64,000 nucleotides of DNA, taken from the NCBI GenBank assembly GCA_050506795.1, contig JBJHCF010000002.1, positions 1 to 64,000 of the forward strand, written 5' to 3'. The translations under genes and the position numbers were made by a program. Every line of letters starts with the position of its first letter. Positions within the stretch are counted from its first letter, which is position 1. Below are positions 11,501 through 20,521 of the stretch, piece by piece. This stretch comes from Opitutia bacterium (lineage in GTDB: Bacteria; Verrucomicrobiota; Verrucomicrobiia; Opitutales; T3Sed10-336). Below the pieces are notes generated by a model. The model saw only the letters and a program-made list of their open reading frames with translations. It searched no databases and had not been told where the DNA came from.

Positions 11501-11542
11501 GGTTAAAGCGAGTCCAAAAAACAGCTTGGTCAAGGTCTTCAT
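5513..11542 (-). CDS. 2009-aa secreted surface protein: TolB/PD40-like beta-propeller with a large repeat insertion, Ig-like domain, DUF4214-like helical region and Trp-rich C-terminal domain
   Basis: Sec signal; seven P-x-(I/V)S-x-DGR(F/Y)V-x-F-x-S-type blades; VEFLING...PYAFNWQPDQVGTYSIVARARDN (Ig); FVRRGYSSLLGRQP (DUF4214-like); SDWLG...GWIRHAEHGWWY...WLFY tail. Confidence 0.85.
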   Translation of the reverse strand: MKTLTKLFFGLALTPLIFWVNAFGQNSVVSFSVENGTYFPGDPVMMSVTIQNGAQAPGGGADYWLDVHLTPGPPAENFRQSSDHMLQTFSGTLYPTQSHQYEWVQFMPGNLTGEFYVTFELYGDIGPVSPAITHSSSVNIVLQSEGMGRFPTTSLLSRSFGSPNISDELFDFNVSDGVFSTDGNSENPSVSADGRFVVFASTATNLSAPVVGVGDDDDDEVPTGTPSPNVSDIFLQDRNDGSVTLVSKPAALLEFSNGNSLNPKISPDGRFVTFHSTATNLVSGPVNTHADIYVFDRITGSLQRISKGANGGAANGPSFNASISDPDPVSGHRFVAFESEASNLLPPGQDTNNFADIYLYNLNTGAVRRVNVTDGGSQAIGGHSRNPVISGNAGHIAFQSRATNLGSASANWEVFVHDRSSNRTVPVSVGFDMAGGSFPADDHSYSPAITPDGRYIAFVSEALNLFNSPATGSVTLSGRPEQATITFPETVPATGLLSFTPDVNATGSIEFLENPVPNTVERRTITIDDGVNSVTWEFANSVAQGYQLGEGNVRLVVGSNREATRNRLRDAINASQLTISATAAMSEGESPNPIILLENTAQGEAGNQPMQTTNVDGVLDIEGMDGATTNNVSAGDQLIVETRPGLESVFTFVTGDPQAPNEIQIAGTARGTRDNIASAIEDLMALDLPNISNPTTGGTFLVGPLAENPSTGEFYVFEHQGTTQVFQFVGAGIQFDPEIGLSPAAIPVIVGPSLEVTRGNLVRYINALFDFDDLPEGVGDTPATGTISLRANPDPEVGANIAIGPVNFVFVEEFEEDEDDPDFDFEDEVIDLRDPATVLIVIGEDVEESRDRLLLAIQGSVLNLTATAGTDEDGEPAITLLYNEVGAQGNLAFAFAPVPPEPDDPDDPDDPDDPDDPDEEEEPVIWVTFPAESMEGGALVSVDPGTTQVLYEHGLLKSAITLEYSPDGSVGSNNLWVPSSDSGDETLGNLLQRVRGLNLPWVSVSTIDGNGSELLISNITPGGVSTIVLNIDFTGDPGVFQEFPIPTQDGEFHLPRDGAVLSFNDTANSATFEFIDEGVGAGPGVIGVPVGQSAADTRDYLFRAISESNLNVTVIDVTAENPAIRVVNNRRGAIPDPNHVFVIAENFPEGVTVELLEGRNNPVPGESFSLSDGSIVTTFEFVEEEGEESPGNVPVVLGPNEQVAITFENLIDALRDSDLQIAVVPGIQGGAPSANLTNWTPGPVGNVAITTLPAVIPSFQVSGMSGGGFQGNGLPQIYVHDRDANETGVYDEAVPGGFVTEAISLTPLETFSSFGSLEPAISADGRYVSFRTHGAVTVFDFDFDFDFDFDNGVIFPPGFFSTTGLQPLTVERSDGVIFPNVYGPVLSTAIGGPIETTDDDNPIVFSQEIVLQDRIQNFTESGMTSRIYIRDRETNINERVSVNRFGESPGVGEFDTTTLNVPSSSRNAVMSADGRYVIFVSDNGPFTFRTAPAPQPNAGDGGFRGGALSAGMTNRNPINNNGFRNIFIHDRNFPTEIDQPEPTFPPFVNLINPVDGAQLSLGVAHQLRASAFANTGHGGAVIQSVEFLINGLVEATVAATPYAFNWQPDQVGTYSIVARARDNRGEVASSRVATVTVSQIDPIARSSDFVRRGYSSLLGRQPTELELQQANSRLASGAISRQRFIADLMSSQDFEETLVNAYSAYWVILGRPPTDAEMQEAVGMIRMFEGLDDDDDVDLPDELPDGLIVGNEERILGLIQLANSLLTSAEFVSRYGGSFLAGLNREYIEFLFSNFGRSPSSVDLVRGNLLIEGGEGVEEIGRANYAVALIGGLLFFDEENPQSSVTVRIPSAVRENHRRVAMYYGLTQEIPDSATRSQLHSGSRTDAVGVALGSPAYINSIRTFFGSVVQVELNTKESDWLGRYDDRNFDYGTHSGWIRHAEHGWWYRPSNDTDWTYDQILRSWVWTNSSVYPFMYLDSEQTWLFYYEGGNPNGRWFFNYKIDEWQQVD

Positions 11543-12002
11543 AGAATAATAAAAACGCGATCTTCAGTGAAAAGGCTGCGTAAGAAAAAGGTGGAAATCA
11601 AGCGATTTAGGCATGCGACTTAAGGGACCGGCCGAAAGATCGCGCGCACATTGTTCTTCGATGGCTGAAAAAAATGCTCAACATCACTCAATCAGGAAGG
11701 TTCGCCGGGGAAGCAGAAGGATGGAAATTGGTAATCTGGATCTCATAAGCTTCTCTTGATTAGTCGGTAACGCTCAAACTTGTGCCGGAGGGAAATCCTG
11801 ATCCTCATAAGAATCTCGGCTAGGCGAACACACCCTCTAGCAAAGAAGGTTCGGCAGGTGAGGTAAAGTCTTAAAATCGGCTTTTTCCACATTGAAAACC
11901 AGGAAGAAGGGGAGCGGGATGATGTGAACGGCGCCGGGGCGATCCACAGTCGCGGGGATTGATAGCGGTCGGACTGTATTCGTGTAACCAAGGTCATCAT
12001 CT

Positions 12003-12872
12003 TCAGGAAGGGAACCGTTTGGCCGCCTCTTGCAGGATTCCGTTCATTTCCATCGATTGCAAAAAAGCGGCCATACCCTGCGGATCAGCCGTTCCCCGCT
12101 CGATGGCAGGCAGCTTTAAATCGGAACGCAGATTCGTCAGTTTCAGATTCAAGAGCAGGTCCTGGTGTTTTTCCGCCACCTGAGCGCGAAAACGGTCCGG
12201 TTTAAGGAATCCGGCGTGGCGGATTACCCCGTCGACATCTCCATACTGCCGCAACCACTTGGAAGCCGTTTTCAGTCCGACTCCAGTCAATCCGGGAATA
12301 TTATCGGACGAATCCCCGGTCAACGCCAGGAGGTGGGCAATCTGCGAAGGAGGAACACCGAATTTTTCCTCGACCCCGCGGGGATCCAACTCCTGAAACC
12401 CGCTCTTCGCCTTGGCAGCCGGAACGGGTACAAGCATGGTGACACGATCATTGACACACTGTGCCAGATCCTTGTCGGCCGTAAGCATTAATACATCCTG
12501 ATCCTCGGCCGAGAATCGTCCGGCCAAGGTTGCAATGACGTCGTCAGCTTCGACCCCGTCCAGTTCCATCGTCGCCATTCCCGAGAGGTGGGAAAACTCC
12601 TTGAGACAGGGCAGTTGTTGTGCGAGCGCCTCCGGCATGCTGGAGCGCTGCTGTTTGTATTCCGGGAGCAATTCCAACCGCGCCGAATCTTCACCGGAGT
12701 CAAAAACAACCACCGTCTGAGTTGGCTGGTAAACATCCTGTACCCGCCACAGGGAACGCACCCACCCGCGCAGGGCATTGGTTGGGAACCCGTCTGAACG
12801 GGACAAATCCGGAATAGCGTGAAAACACCGATACGCCAGATTCAATCCATCTACTATTAGGCACCTGCCCAT
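12003..12872 (-). CDS. Stand-alone 5'-3' exonuclease / flap endonuclease (PolA N-terminal-like)
   Basis: IVDGLNLAYR, EYKQQR, EADDVIATL, TADKDL and GDSSDNIPG-x-x-GVG-x-KTA (H3TH) motifs. Confidence 0.93.
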   Translation of the reverse strand: MGRCLIVDGLNLAYRCFHAIPDLSRSDGFPTNALRGWVRSLWRVQDVYQPTQTVVVFDSGEDSARLELLPEYKQQRSSMPEALAQQLPCLKEFSHLSGMATMELDGVEADDVIATLAGRFSAEDQDVLMLTADKDLAQCVNDRVTMLVPVPAAKAKSGFQELDPRGVEEKFGVPPSQIAHLLALTGDSSDNIPGLTGVGLKTASKWLRQYGDVDGVIRHAGFLKPDRFRAQVAEKHQDLLLNLKLTNLRSDLKLPAIERGTADPQGMAAFLQSMEMNGILQEAAKRFPS

Positions 12873-12885
12873 GCTGCCAAAGGAA

Positions 12886-12924
12886 TAAAAGAAAGGCCCC
12901 GCTGTTTCCGGCGGGGCCTTTCTT
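12886..12924 (-). terminator. Rho-independent terminator after the secretin gene
   Basis: Minus strand reads AAGAAAGGCCCCGC-CGGAAACA-GCGGGGCCTTTCTTTT, a GC stem plus U tract just after the 12933 stop. Confidence 0.85.
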
Positions 12925-12932
12925 AAACAATT

Positions 12933-15740
12933 CTAATCTTCCCCACGTATTCTGGGAACCGGTCCGCCCGGAGTGACGTGAGTGGGCACCTGGAAAGTTG
13001 ATCCGGGAGACACGTTGCGGAGTTCCTGGCTTCGCAGAGAACCGCCCGGGCTTACAAGGTTGGCCGAAACAAAAATCAGCAAATTACGCTTTGTGCTGGC
13101 TTCGCCTTCGCTGCGGAACAAGCGACCGAGGAGGGGAATATCGCCCAACACCGGAACCTTGTCTTTGACGGTCCTGACTTCCTCCCGTGTCAGACCCCCC
13201 ATGACCAGGGTGGCCCCATCCCAGATCGTCACTCGGGTTTGGATCGAACGAGTGGCAAAGATCGGTTGGAAGAACCCGGACGGGATCGTGACGGTGGTAT
13301 CACCCTGAATGGCGATACTGGGTCCGCCGTATTCCACAAAGCCTTCGAATTCGGTCACCTGCGGGTTCAACTCCAGGCTGATGCTACGCTCATCGTCCTC
13401 AACCGTGGGAGTCACAATCAGCTCAACCCCGACGTTACGGGTCTGGAAGTTCTGCGGAGTACCCGCGGTGATCGTCACCCCGCCGGTCGACGTGCCGCCG
13501 ACTCCCGTACCACCGGCCTGGCTGACCTGACTCTGGGCATCGGAGTACTGCTCAGGGAAACGGAATTCCTGGGCGACGACGATTTGGGCGGTTTCCCCTG
13601 AAAGTACCGTGACCTTCGGCGCGCTGAGCAAATCGCTCCCAGTCTGGCGGGAAAGAGCCCGGATGGTCGCGTCCACACCAAAGCTGCCGATACTGCCGCT
13701 CAGGACCGCAAGGTTCCCGGCGGTACCGGCCAGAGGCAGTTCACCCGGCAAATCGGGTGCCGCCTGAGGGATGGACAAACTAACATCCGGACTGTCGACC
13801 GTAATCGCTGAACCGGAATCCAGCCCGGTTCGTGACTGCGACAGCGAACGGTTGTCCGTTCCAAACACCTGACGGAAACCTCCCACGACCTGACGACCCG
13901 AACTGTCTATAATCGGAAGGGTCGTAGCGGGATCGATCTGCGGAGTGCCTCCGCGCTGCAACTCATAATTAAAGCCTAATTCATCGAGAGCACCCTGCTG
14001 AACTTCCAGGAAGCGCGCCTCGATTTCAACCTGACGAACATCCGCGTAACGGGAAAGGAGGTTGCGAATCCGTTCAAGATTGCGAGGGGTCTGGGTCACA
14101 ATGATACCGGATCCGTCGTAGACCAGGTTGGTTCCTTCAGGAAAATTGATGCCGGCGCCAACGAAGAACTGGCGCAAACCCTGGCTGACTTGCCCGCCAC
14201 CTTCCTGCGGGGCCGCAAAAGGATCATCGGAATCGGGAGCAGCGGCGGCTCCGCCGGCACCCGTCATGCGAATCAGCGTGGCCTGGGCAATTCCAAAAAT
14301 TTCGGTCTGCAAATCGGTACGAACATCATCTGCCGGCGAAACCACCACCACATCGCGCTCCACTTCATACCGGAACCCGACATGATCGACGATGAAATCG
14401 AGGATGCGTCCGAGTGACATATTGCGGAGGGTGATGCTGACACCAGGATTGAGTTGTTCCCGATCCCGCAGGACGATATTCACGCCCTCGTTGGCATCAT
14501 CGTACTCGCGGGAAATATCGTTCAAGGTGGTGATGACCTGGCGGAGGGGCACGTCGCTGAAATTGACGCTGTCGATGACAATTTCACGCAACTTCACCGC
14601 AATAGGAGATTCCTCCTCGGGCTCTTCCTCCTCCATATCCGCGAGCCAAACCTGGGGACGCCGCCATGAGTCAGCGACTTCTTCCAACAATTGAGCCCGA
14701 GTGCGCTGGCGGTTGAGGTGAGCGGTGGATGCGCGTTCGGCGGAAATCCGTTCCATAAATGCTTTCGCCTGCGCGTTGTTGGAGTCCATGGCCTCCACCC
14801 GGCGAAAAGTGTCTTCGGCGCCGTAAAGGTCGCCGCTGATAAACTGAGCACGGCCCTGTCGCAGCAACTGGCGAATCCGTTCCCGGTCTTCCGGGAACTC
14901 CGGGTTGATATCCTCGATTCGGATAAAGCTCGGATCATCGAGGCCACGGATGACTTCCCGTGCCGCCTGCCGTGCTTCCATATTCGATTCCTCATATCCG
15001 TCGTAAATGGCCAAGGTCTCTTCAGCGGCGATGACCTGCCCCGCACGTAACTGTGCGAGCGCTTTTTTCGCCACGGCTTCCGAACGCACTTTCTTCAGCT
15101 CAACAATCAGTAAAGCGGTGCGAATGTTGTCTGGCAATTCGTCCAGGACGGCTTCGATCTCGTTGACGGCACGATCAAACTCTCCCGCCGCGATCCAATC
15201 CGGCGCCGCAGACAGCACAGCCCGGGCTTCGATACTGGCGGCTTCGATACGACGAATCTCTTCGAGGGATACCTCGCGATCCTCCAAATCAGCGATGAAT
15301 TCCTCGTAACGCGACCTCTGTTCCGGAAACTCTTCGACGATTGCATCCGCGATTCGCCGCGCTTCTTCGGCATCGCCGCGATTCCTCGCACTCGCCGCCT
15401 GAGACCAGAGTCCGGCGATTCGGATATTCACCCCAGGATCCGGCCGTTCGGTTGCCGGCGTCGGCTGAACGGCCGGCCTCGCTTCGATCGCGGTTTCCAC
15501 ATTCTCCAGCAGTCGTTGCACACCCCGGTCTTCAGGTGCAATTGCCTGCAGTTCCTGAAGTCTTTCCCGGGCGGTTTCCAGATCCCCGGCGTTGCGCGCG
15601 GTCAGAGCTTCCGACATCAGGCGGATCTTGGTTTCGGTTTCCGTTTCAGCCAACAAGGGAGTTACAAAAAAACCGGAGCCCAGGAACAAGCAACTGAGGA
15701 GGATGGTCAGGAGTTTTTTCGTCGCTTGGTAGATTTTCAT
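12933..15740 (-). CDS. Amuc_1098-family secretin (PilQ/GspD-like) with N-terminal TPR-like helices
   Basis: QVEIEARFLEV, DLLSAPKVT, RNVGVELIVTP, DKVPVLGDIPLLGRLFRS and NLLIFV secretin motifs; signal peptide; cluster context. Confidence 0.92.
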   Translation of the reverse strand: MKIYQATKKLLTILLSCLFLGSGFFVTPLLAETETETKIRLMSEALTARNAGDLETARERLQELQAIAPEDRGVQRLLENVETAIEARPAVQPTPATERPDPGVNIRIAGLWSQAASARNRGDAEEARRIADAIVEEFPEQRSRYEEFIADLEDREVSLEEIRRIEAASIEARAVLSAAPDWIAAGEFDRAVNEIEAVLDELPDNIRTALLIVELKKVRSEAVAKKALAQLRAGQVIAAEETLAIYDGYEESNMEARQAAREVIRGLDDPSFIRIEDINPEFPEDRERIRQLLRQGRAQFISGDLYGAEDTFRRVEAMDSNNAQAKAFMERISAERASTAHLNRQRTRAQLLEEVADSWRRPQVWLADMEEEEPEEESPIAVKLREIVIDSVNFSDVPLRQVITTLNDISREYDDANEGVNIVLRDREQLNPGVSITLRNMSLGRILDFIVDHVGFRYEVERDVVVVSPADDVRTDLQTEIFGIAQATLIRMTGAGGAAAAPDSDDPFAAPQEGGGQVSQGLRQFFVGAGINFPEGTNLVYDGSGIIVTQTPRNLERIRNLLSRYADVRQVEIEARFLEVQQGALDELGFNYELQRGGTPQIDPATTLPIIDSSGRQVVGGFRQVFGTDNRSLSQSRTGLDSGSAITVDSPDVSLSIPQAAPDLPGELPLAGTAGNLAVLSGSIGSFGVDATIRALSRQTGSDLLSAPKVTVLSGETAQIVVAQEFRFPEQYSDAQSQVSQAGGTGVGGTSTGGVTITAGTPQNFQTRNVGVELIVTPTVEDDERSISLELNPQVTEFEGFVEYGGPSIAIQGDTTVTIPSGFFQPIFATRSIQTRVTIWDGATLVMGGLTREEVRTVKDKVPVLGDIPLLGRLFRSEGEASTKRNLLIFVSANLVSPGGSLRSQELRNVSPGSTFQVPTHVTPGGPVPRIRGED

Positions 15741-15872
15741 AATGCGGGACAATTGAAGGAACATTTTGAATTAAAAGGCAAAGATTAATTTTTAAAAGTG
15801 AAGGGCCTAGCCTGACAAATCAGCAATTGGTGCGAATTTACCCGGGAGCCGGTGCCGTTGCATCCCCGGAGT

Positions 15873-16691
15873 CTAGAATCGCTGTCCAGGGCGAAGGGTG
15901 GCCCTCCGAGGTTCATCGCGATTCGGGCTGTACTTTATCATTATGATCTCAGGGGGATCGACGGTGTATTCTTCAACGAGATACGAGTACTCGCCGATAT
16001 CAAACATCTCGCCGGGGCGAGCGTTGATCGTGCGAGGCGGATCTTCGGAAGTAGTGACCACGATTGCCGGTTCATCAAGGTACTTGGTCTCTTCCTCCAG
16101 CAGCAACACTTCCTCCCCGGTGCGCCGATCGAAAATCACCGCTTCCGGAACTCGTGTGACCACTCCGTTACGCTCCTCCCGACGGACGTTAAAAGAACGC
16201 ACCTCGATATCCACCTCGGGAACCTCACGGTTTCTTCGGGTGAGAATCATCTCACCGGTTTCGTTGTCGAGAAAGGTGATCAAGGGATCTTCGTCGCGGC
16301 CGGCATATCCCGTAAGTTGAATCCGGTAGGGTTCCTCTTGAAATCCGATGAACTCGATTTCCAACTCGGCAACCTCCCCGTCCCTGGGACCGGGAGGTCG
16401 GGGAACAAATTCGTCAGCCGCTTCGTTGTAGAATATGTACGGCGGGGTGAAGATGTCGTAAACCCAGGCATCTCCGGCGCTCTGGGGCTGCGGGGTTTGC
16501 CACACTGGAAACTCCAGGGAAACGTCTTCCTGTGGGGTCATCTCGTATTGATAGACGTTCGAAACCGGAGGGAGATCCGTATGCAGCGCCCCCGCGATCT
16601 CCTCGCCCCTTTGAAAGAAAAGGACCGACAAGCCGATAAGAACGAGCAGTGATAAGGCGAGGAGGATTTTATCGTAATTCTTGCTAAGCAT
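15873..16691 (-). CDS. Amuc_1099-like pilus-system protein
   Basis: KNYDKILLAL N-terminal anchor, and position between the Amuc_1100-like and secretin genes. Confidence 0.65.
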   Translation of the reverse strand: MLSKNYDKILLALSLLVLIGLSVLFFQRGEEIAGALHTDLPPVSNVYQYEMTPQEDVSLEFPVWQTPQPQSAGDAWVYDIFTPPYIFYNEAADEFVPRPPGPRDGEVAELEIEFIGFQEEPYRIQLTGYAGRDEDPLITFLDNETGEMILTRRNREVPEVDIEVRSFNVRREERNGVVTRVPEAVIFDRRTGEEVLLLEEETKYLDEPAIVVTTSEDPPRTINARPGEMFDIGEYSYLVEEYTVDPPEIIMIKYSPNRDEPRRATLRPGQRF

Positions 16692-16713
16692 CTTTCAAAG
16701 ATTAGACGTTCGC

Positions 16714-17718
16714 TCAATCTTCCTCGAAGCCGATCTCGGGCGAAACGACGCCGTTGTCGAGCGAATCGGCGTCCTCGGGCGAAACCAGTTCGATGTACTC
16801 CACCGTAACGACGAACCGGCTGAGATGAGGAGTGACGATGGGCACCGCGCCATTATCCTCCCCTGCAGCTTCAGTGGCGGCGGGCGACGCAACGGGGATG
16901 CGCCGTTCGCGGGTAGCGGCGGTACCGCTTCCGGCCCCGTTTGCTGGGACCACCTCCACTCCCCGCACCAGCACAGGAACCTCGAAGGCCGACAGACGAT
17001 TGAGAAAATCGCGCAGGGTTGCGGTGTATCCGGTAAAGGTGAGCTGAAAGGCATAGGTTTCGACAAACCCGGGGATGCGGGCTGACATGGTTTCCGGTAT
17101 AGTGAATATGTCCTCGCGATCACCCCCGCCCGGAGCGTCTATACCACGTCGCTCCGCCACGTCTTCCCGGCGAATGCGGACCAACTCCACCGGACGCGCT
17201 TCGAAAAGAGTGTCCAGGAGGAATTCCGCAATCCGTCGTTGTTTGTGGACGTCCTCAATGAGCGCACTGGGCGGACCCCGAGTGCCATAGCGAGAAAAGC
17301 CGAAACTCTCATTATCGCGGAGGCGTACCCCTTCGCCTTCCTCACCGCCGACCTGGCGAGCACGCTCACGGTAGGCGTCCAAAAAATTCTGCAAATCGAA
17401 AAAGGCGTCCTGGCTGGTCGCCGGCGCCACTCCAAAAAAGTCTGCCACATCAGCCTCAGCGCCCAGAGCCGCCTTAATCGAGGCGAGATTGTCCTCGACG
17501 TTCCGGCGATCCTGCACGACCAGATCCAGGTTCTCCCGGGTCAGCGATGGGGAGTGATTGAGCAGGCGCTCGTACTCAAAAACTTTTGACTCATAGCTGC
17601 GCCGCACCTGTTCCAGGTTGTTTCGCTCGAGGACCAGCACAACCACCTGGGCCGCCAAAATGAGGCCCAGGATCGTGAGTATTGTACCGAAGACGGGATT
17701 TCGCTTAAACCAATGCAT
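16714..17718 (-). CDS. Amuc_1100-family pilus-like protein (PilO-like)
   Basis: MHWFKRNPVFG plus TM helix, coiled coil, FGFSRY, and FQLTFTGYTATLRDFLNRL; cluster context. Confidence 0.8.
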   Translation of the reverse strand: MHWFKRNPVFGTILTILGLILAAQVVVLVLERNNLEQVRRSYESKVFEYERLLNHSPSLTRENLDLVVQDRRNVEDNLASIKAALGAEADVADFFGVAPATSQDAFFDLQNFLDAYRERARQVGGEEGEGVRLRDNESFGFSRYGTRGPPSALIEDVHKQRRIAEFLLDTLFEARPVELVRIRREDVAERRGIDAPGGGDREDIFTIPETMSARIPGFVETYAFQLTFTGYTATLRDFLNRLSAFEVPVLVRGVEVVPANGAGSGTAATRERRIPVASPAATEAAGEDNGAVPIVTPHLSRFVVTVEYIELVSPEDADSLDNGVVSPEIGFEED

Positions 17719-17729
17719 GAGATTTCTGG

Positions 17730-19451
17730 TCAGAGAGGCCGATCCGGATCGACAACCAGTGTGACGTCGAATCGAAGAATACCGAGAGCACTGGTGTCAA
17801 ACTCCTCGTTGTACCTCCGCACAATATATTCAGATTCAAGAATGCTCTCGAACAGGGCGCTCACCCGGATGCGAGTATCCGGACTGGCACGCTCGAGCGG
17901 ATTTTCCCGGTCCAGCATGCGACCGGAAAGATGAATGCGTACTTCCGGACGCTGGTCTTCATCTTCATCGTCGACAAAGGCCTGCTGAGGCTGCTGGAAC
18001 AGCGAGGAGGTCTGCTGCCTTTGCTGGGCGGGAGCACCATTGCCGCGCACGATCTCCATTCGTTCCAGCCAAACGTCCTCCACACTCACCAGGCGCTGTT
18101 GGATGTCATTAAAGAAGTCCACCCAGTTGGCCCGCGATTCGCTCAGGCCTTTCAGTGCCGCGATTTGCTCGGTGGCCTCATCAATCCGGCCTGCCGCCTG
18201 TTGGTAATCGTTATAAATCCGCTGCACGGGAAAAAGCCTGCCATCCAATTCCGAAATGTTCTCCTCATAGATCAGCGCGGTCTGGCGGGCACTGTAAATC
18301 GGCATGATCAACGCCAAAACCAGAAGTGCCACCGCCGCCATCAGCACGGGCTTTCGCCGGCGAAAATCAATCTGCCGGGCGATAAGCGGAGGAATGAGAT
18401 TGAAATGGGTCTTGGTGCCGCCGAACTCCCTGAGCGCGCAGCCCAACAATTCGCCCACATTGTGTCGGTAACCTTCGACATAATCGGCATCGACCTCCGG
18501 TCCGATCACAATCCCCTCCAGCGGGTTATAGTATTCGGCCGGAAGATTGAGTTTTTCCTGCAGGTGCTCCACGACGCCGGGCACGAGCGCTCCGCCGCCG
18601 GTCACATAGATTCGGTCCACCTTTTCTTCTCCGCTCTGCCGCCGGAAATTGACGATCGAGCGGGTGGCCTCCATCACCAAGCGACGCAGGAAGGCGTCCA
18701 CATGCTTGCTGAAATCCCCGGAGGCTGATTCCGTGCCGGTGTGGGCCGCCGCGATGTAATCCCATTTCGCGGCTTCGGCATCGGCAGTATCCAGGCCGGT
18801 TTCCTCGGCGATCGCCTGGGTAACGGTGTTGCCGGCCAGGGTGATATTCCGAACGAAGAAGCCGGTTTCGCTGATGAACAACAGGTTGCTGGACTTTCCA
18901 CCGATATTGGCGATCAGGATGTTTTCGCCGGGCTCCGAGTGGGTGTGGTGAAACGCGTTGTACTGGGCCATGCAGGACGGCTCGACGAGATTGACCTCGA
19001 CTCCGAGGCGCGCGATCTCAGTGCAGAGCTGATCGATGATCTCCAGTTTCACCGCCACCAGCGCGACCTCGAACTCCGCCCCGTCATCAGCCACCACCTC
19101 ATAGTCCCAAACCACCTCATTCAAGGGGAACGGGATGTTCTGCTGGGCTTCGAACTGCACGATTTGATCCCGTTTCGACTTGGCGACGTGCGGAATCTTC
19201 AAAAACTTGGTCAGCAATAAATGTCCGGGAATCACGAGCGAAACCGCACCGGAAAACTTCCGCTGCTGGTGTATCGCCTTAAGGCCTTGAAAAACGGCCG
19301 TAATCCACTCCTCATCACTGGTGAAATCGGCGCCGATGTTTTCCGTGTAAAAGGCATCCAGCGAGATGTTGCCGTCCTTGGCGGAAAAGAATCCCGCCGC
19401 CACATGCGCGCCGCCGCAATCAATAACCTGGGCAATTTTCTGTGAACTCAT
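17730..19451 (-). CDS. pilM: PilM-like actin-fold protein fused to a PilN-like region (Amuc_1101 family)
   Basis: IVQFEAQQNIPFPLNEVVWDY, NIGGKSSNL, IYVTGGGA, then FNLIP plus a TM helix and a periplasmic PilN-like part. Confidence 0.9.
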   Translation of the reverse strand: MSSQKIAQVIDCGGAHVAAGFFSAKDGNISLDAFYTENIGADFTSDEEWITAVFQGLKAIHQQRKFSGAVSLVIPGHLLLTKFLKIPHVAKSKRDQIVQFEAQQNIPFPLNEVVWDYEVVADDGAEFEVALVAVKLEIIDQLCTEIARLGVEVNLVEPSCMAQYNAFHHTHSEPGENILIANIGGKSSNLLFISETGFFVRNITLAGNTVTQAIAEETGLDTADAEAAKWDYIAAAHTGTESASGDFSKHVDAFLRRLVMEATRSIVNFRRQSGEEKVDRIYVTGGGALVPGVVEHLQEKLNLPAEYYNPLEGIVIGPEVDADYVEGYRHNVGELLGCALREFGGTKTHFNLIPPLIARQIDFRRRKPVLMAAVALLVLALIMPIYSARQTALIYEENISELDGRLFPVQRIYNDYQQAAGRIDEATEQIAALKGLSESRANWVDFFNDIQQRLVSVEDVWLERMEIVRGNGAPAQQRQQTSSLFQQPQQAFVDDEDEDQRPEVRIHLSGRMLDRENPLERASPDTRIRVSALFESILESEYIVRRYNEEFDTSALGILRFDVTLVVDPDRPL

Positions 19452-19911
19452 GTTTTAGTGAATGCTGTGCCGCAAACGCCGCGGACCAACCGAGGCCTCT
19501 CCCTGAAACGCCTTTCCGGTAGGCGACCGATCCTGCGAGCCATACTCTTTATTTACAAACATTGTGCAGTAGCGGGGCAACAATATTCCGCCGATCAACA
19601 CGTAATCTCTCCTCAGCGCGCCAAAATCGTGTTCCGGGCGGAAGGGAAATCCCTCCCCGGCCGGCAAGCCCGTCTCACTCGTCGCCCGGGACAGGAACAC
19701 GGTCGAGCGGCCGTTAAAAAACTCTTGGCGCATCAAGTTAAACAGTAATTCCGTCCGCGGCGGATTAATCAACTCAAAAAATTATCCGCGGCTCCACGAT
19801 TCCATGTTCCCGCTTGCCAATTGCCGCCATCGATCCCAAGGCTTGCGAGATATGGAACGGTCAACCCGCAAACCCGCCTGACTGCGGCCGGGCACAGCAA
19901 AACCATCAAAC

Positions 19912-20466
19912 ATGACGGCCGAAACAAACACCGTATTGCCTTTTAAGATCAGCGTCCTGGTATTTCTGCAAAATCGTGAGGGAAAGGAACTCCTGATCTG
20001 CCGGCGCAAATCTCCCAACCAGGGGTGCTGGAGCCCAATCGGGGGAAAGCTCAAGATGTCCCTAGGTGAATCACCGTACGAATGTGCCATTCGCGAAATC
20101 GACGAGGAAGTCGGCTTGGCGGTCACCCAGGCGGATCTGCACTTGTTTTCCATCGTCTCGGAGAAGGCTTACGAGGGCTCCGGCCATTGGCTGATGTTTC
20201 TCTACAAATGTCGCAAGGCCCTGCCGTCGCTTCCCGATGCCATGGACGAAGGGCATTTCGGTTTTTTCTCCCGCGAACAGATCGATCACCTTGCCATTCC
20301 GGAAACCGATCGCCTGGCTCTCTGGCCCGTTTACGACGATCACAGCGATGGATTCGTCGCCCTGCGGGCGGATTGTTCCCCCGGGCGTTCGCCGGTGATC
20401 ACCCTGGAGGAAATCATCTCCGCCGGCCAGAGCGCCACGGCGCAAGCCCGGCCTTTCCCGAAATAG
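19912..20466 (+). CDS. NUDIX hydrolase
   Basis: Nudix box GGKLKMSLGESPYECAIREIDEEVGL. Confidence 0.9.
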   Translation: MTAETNTVLPFKISVLVFLQNREGKELLICRRKSPNQGCWSPIGGKLKMSLGESPYECAIREIDEEVGLAVTQADLHLFSIVSEKAYEGSGHWLMFLYKCRKALPSLPDAMDEGHFGFFSREQIDHLAIPETDRLALWPVYDDHSDGFVALRADCSPGRSPVITLEEIISAGQSATAQARPFPK

Positions 20467-20521
20467 CCTTGATTATTCCCTCGGTTCTCTGAATCTTCCC
20501 TTTTTCAATCTTTCCATCCCT

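Noticed and set aside
437..11542. Type I secretion of the 2009-aa protein by the adjacent TolC-MFP-ABC genes
   Set aside because: The protein has a Sec signal and no RTX repeats, and the ABC components are LolCDE/MacB-like rather than HlyB-like.
19455..19772. Overlapping ORFs of 105 aa (-) and 96 aa (+) upstream of pilM, considered as an Amuc_1102 equivalent
   Set aside because: No signal peptide or recognisable motifs; more likely the divergent promoter region.
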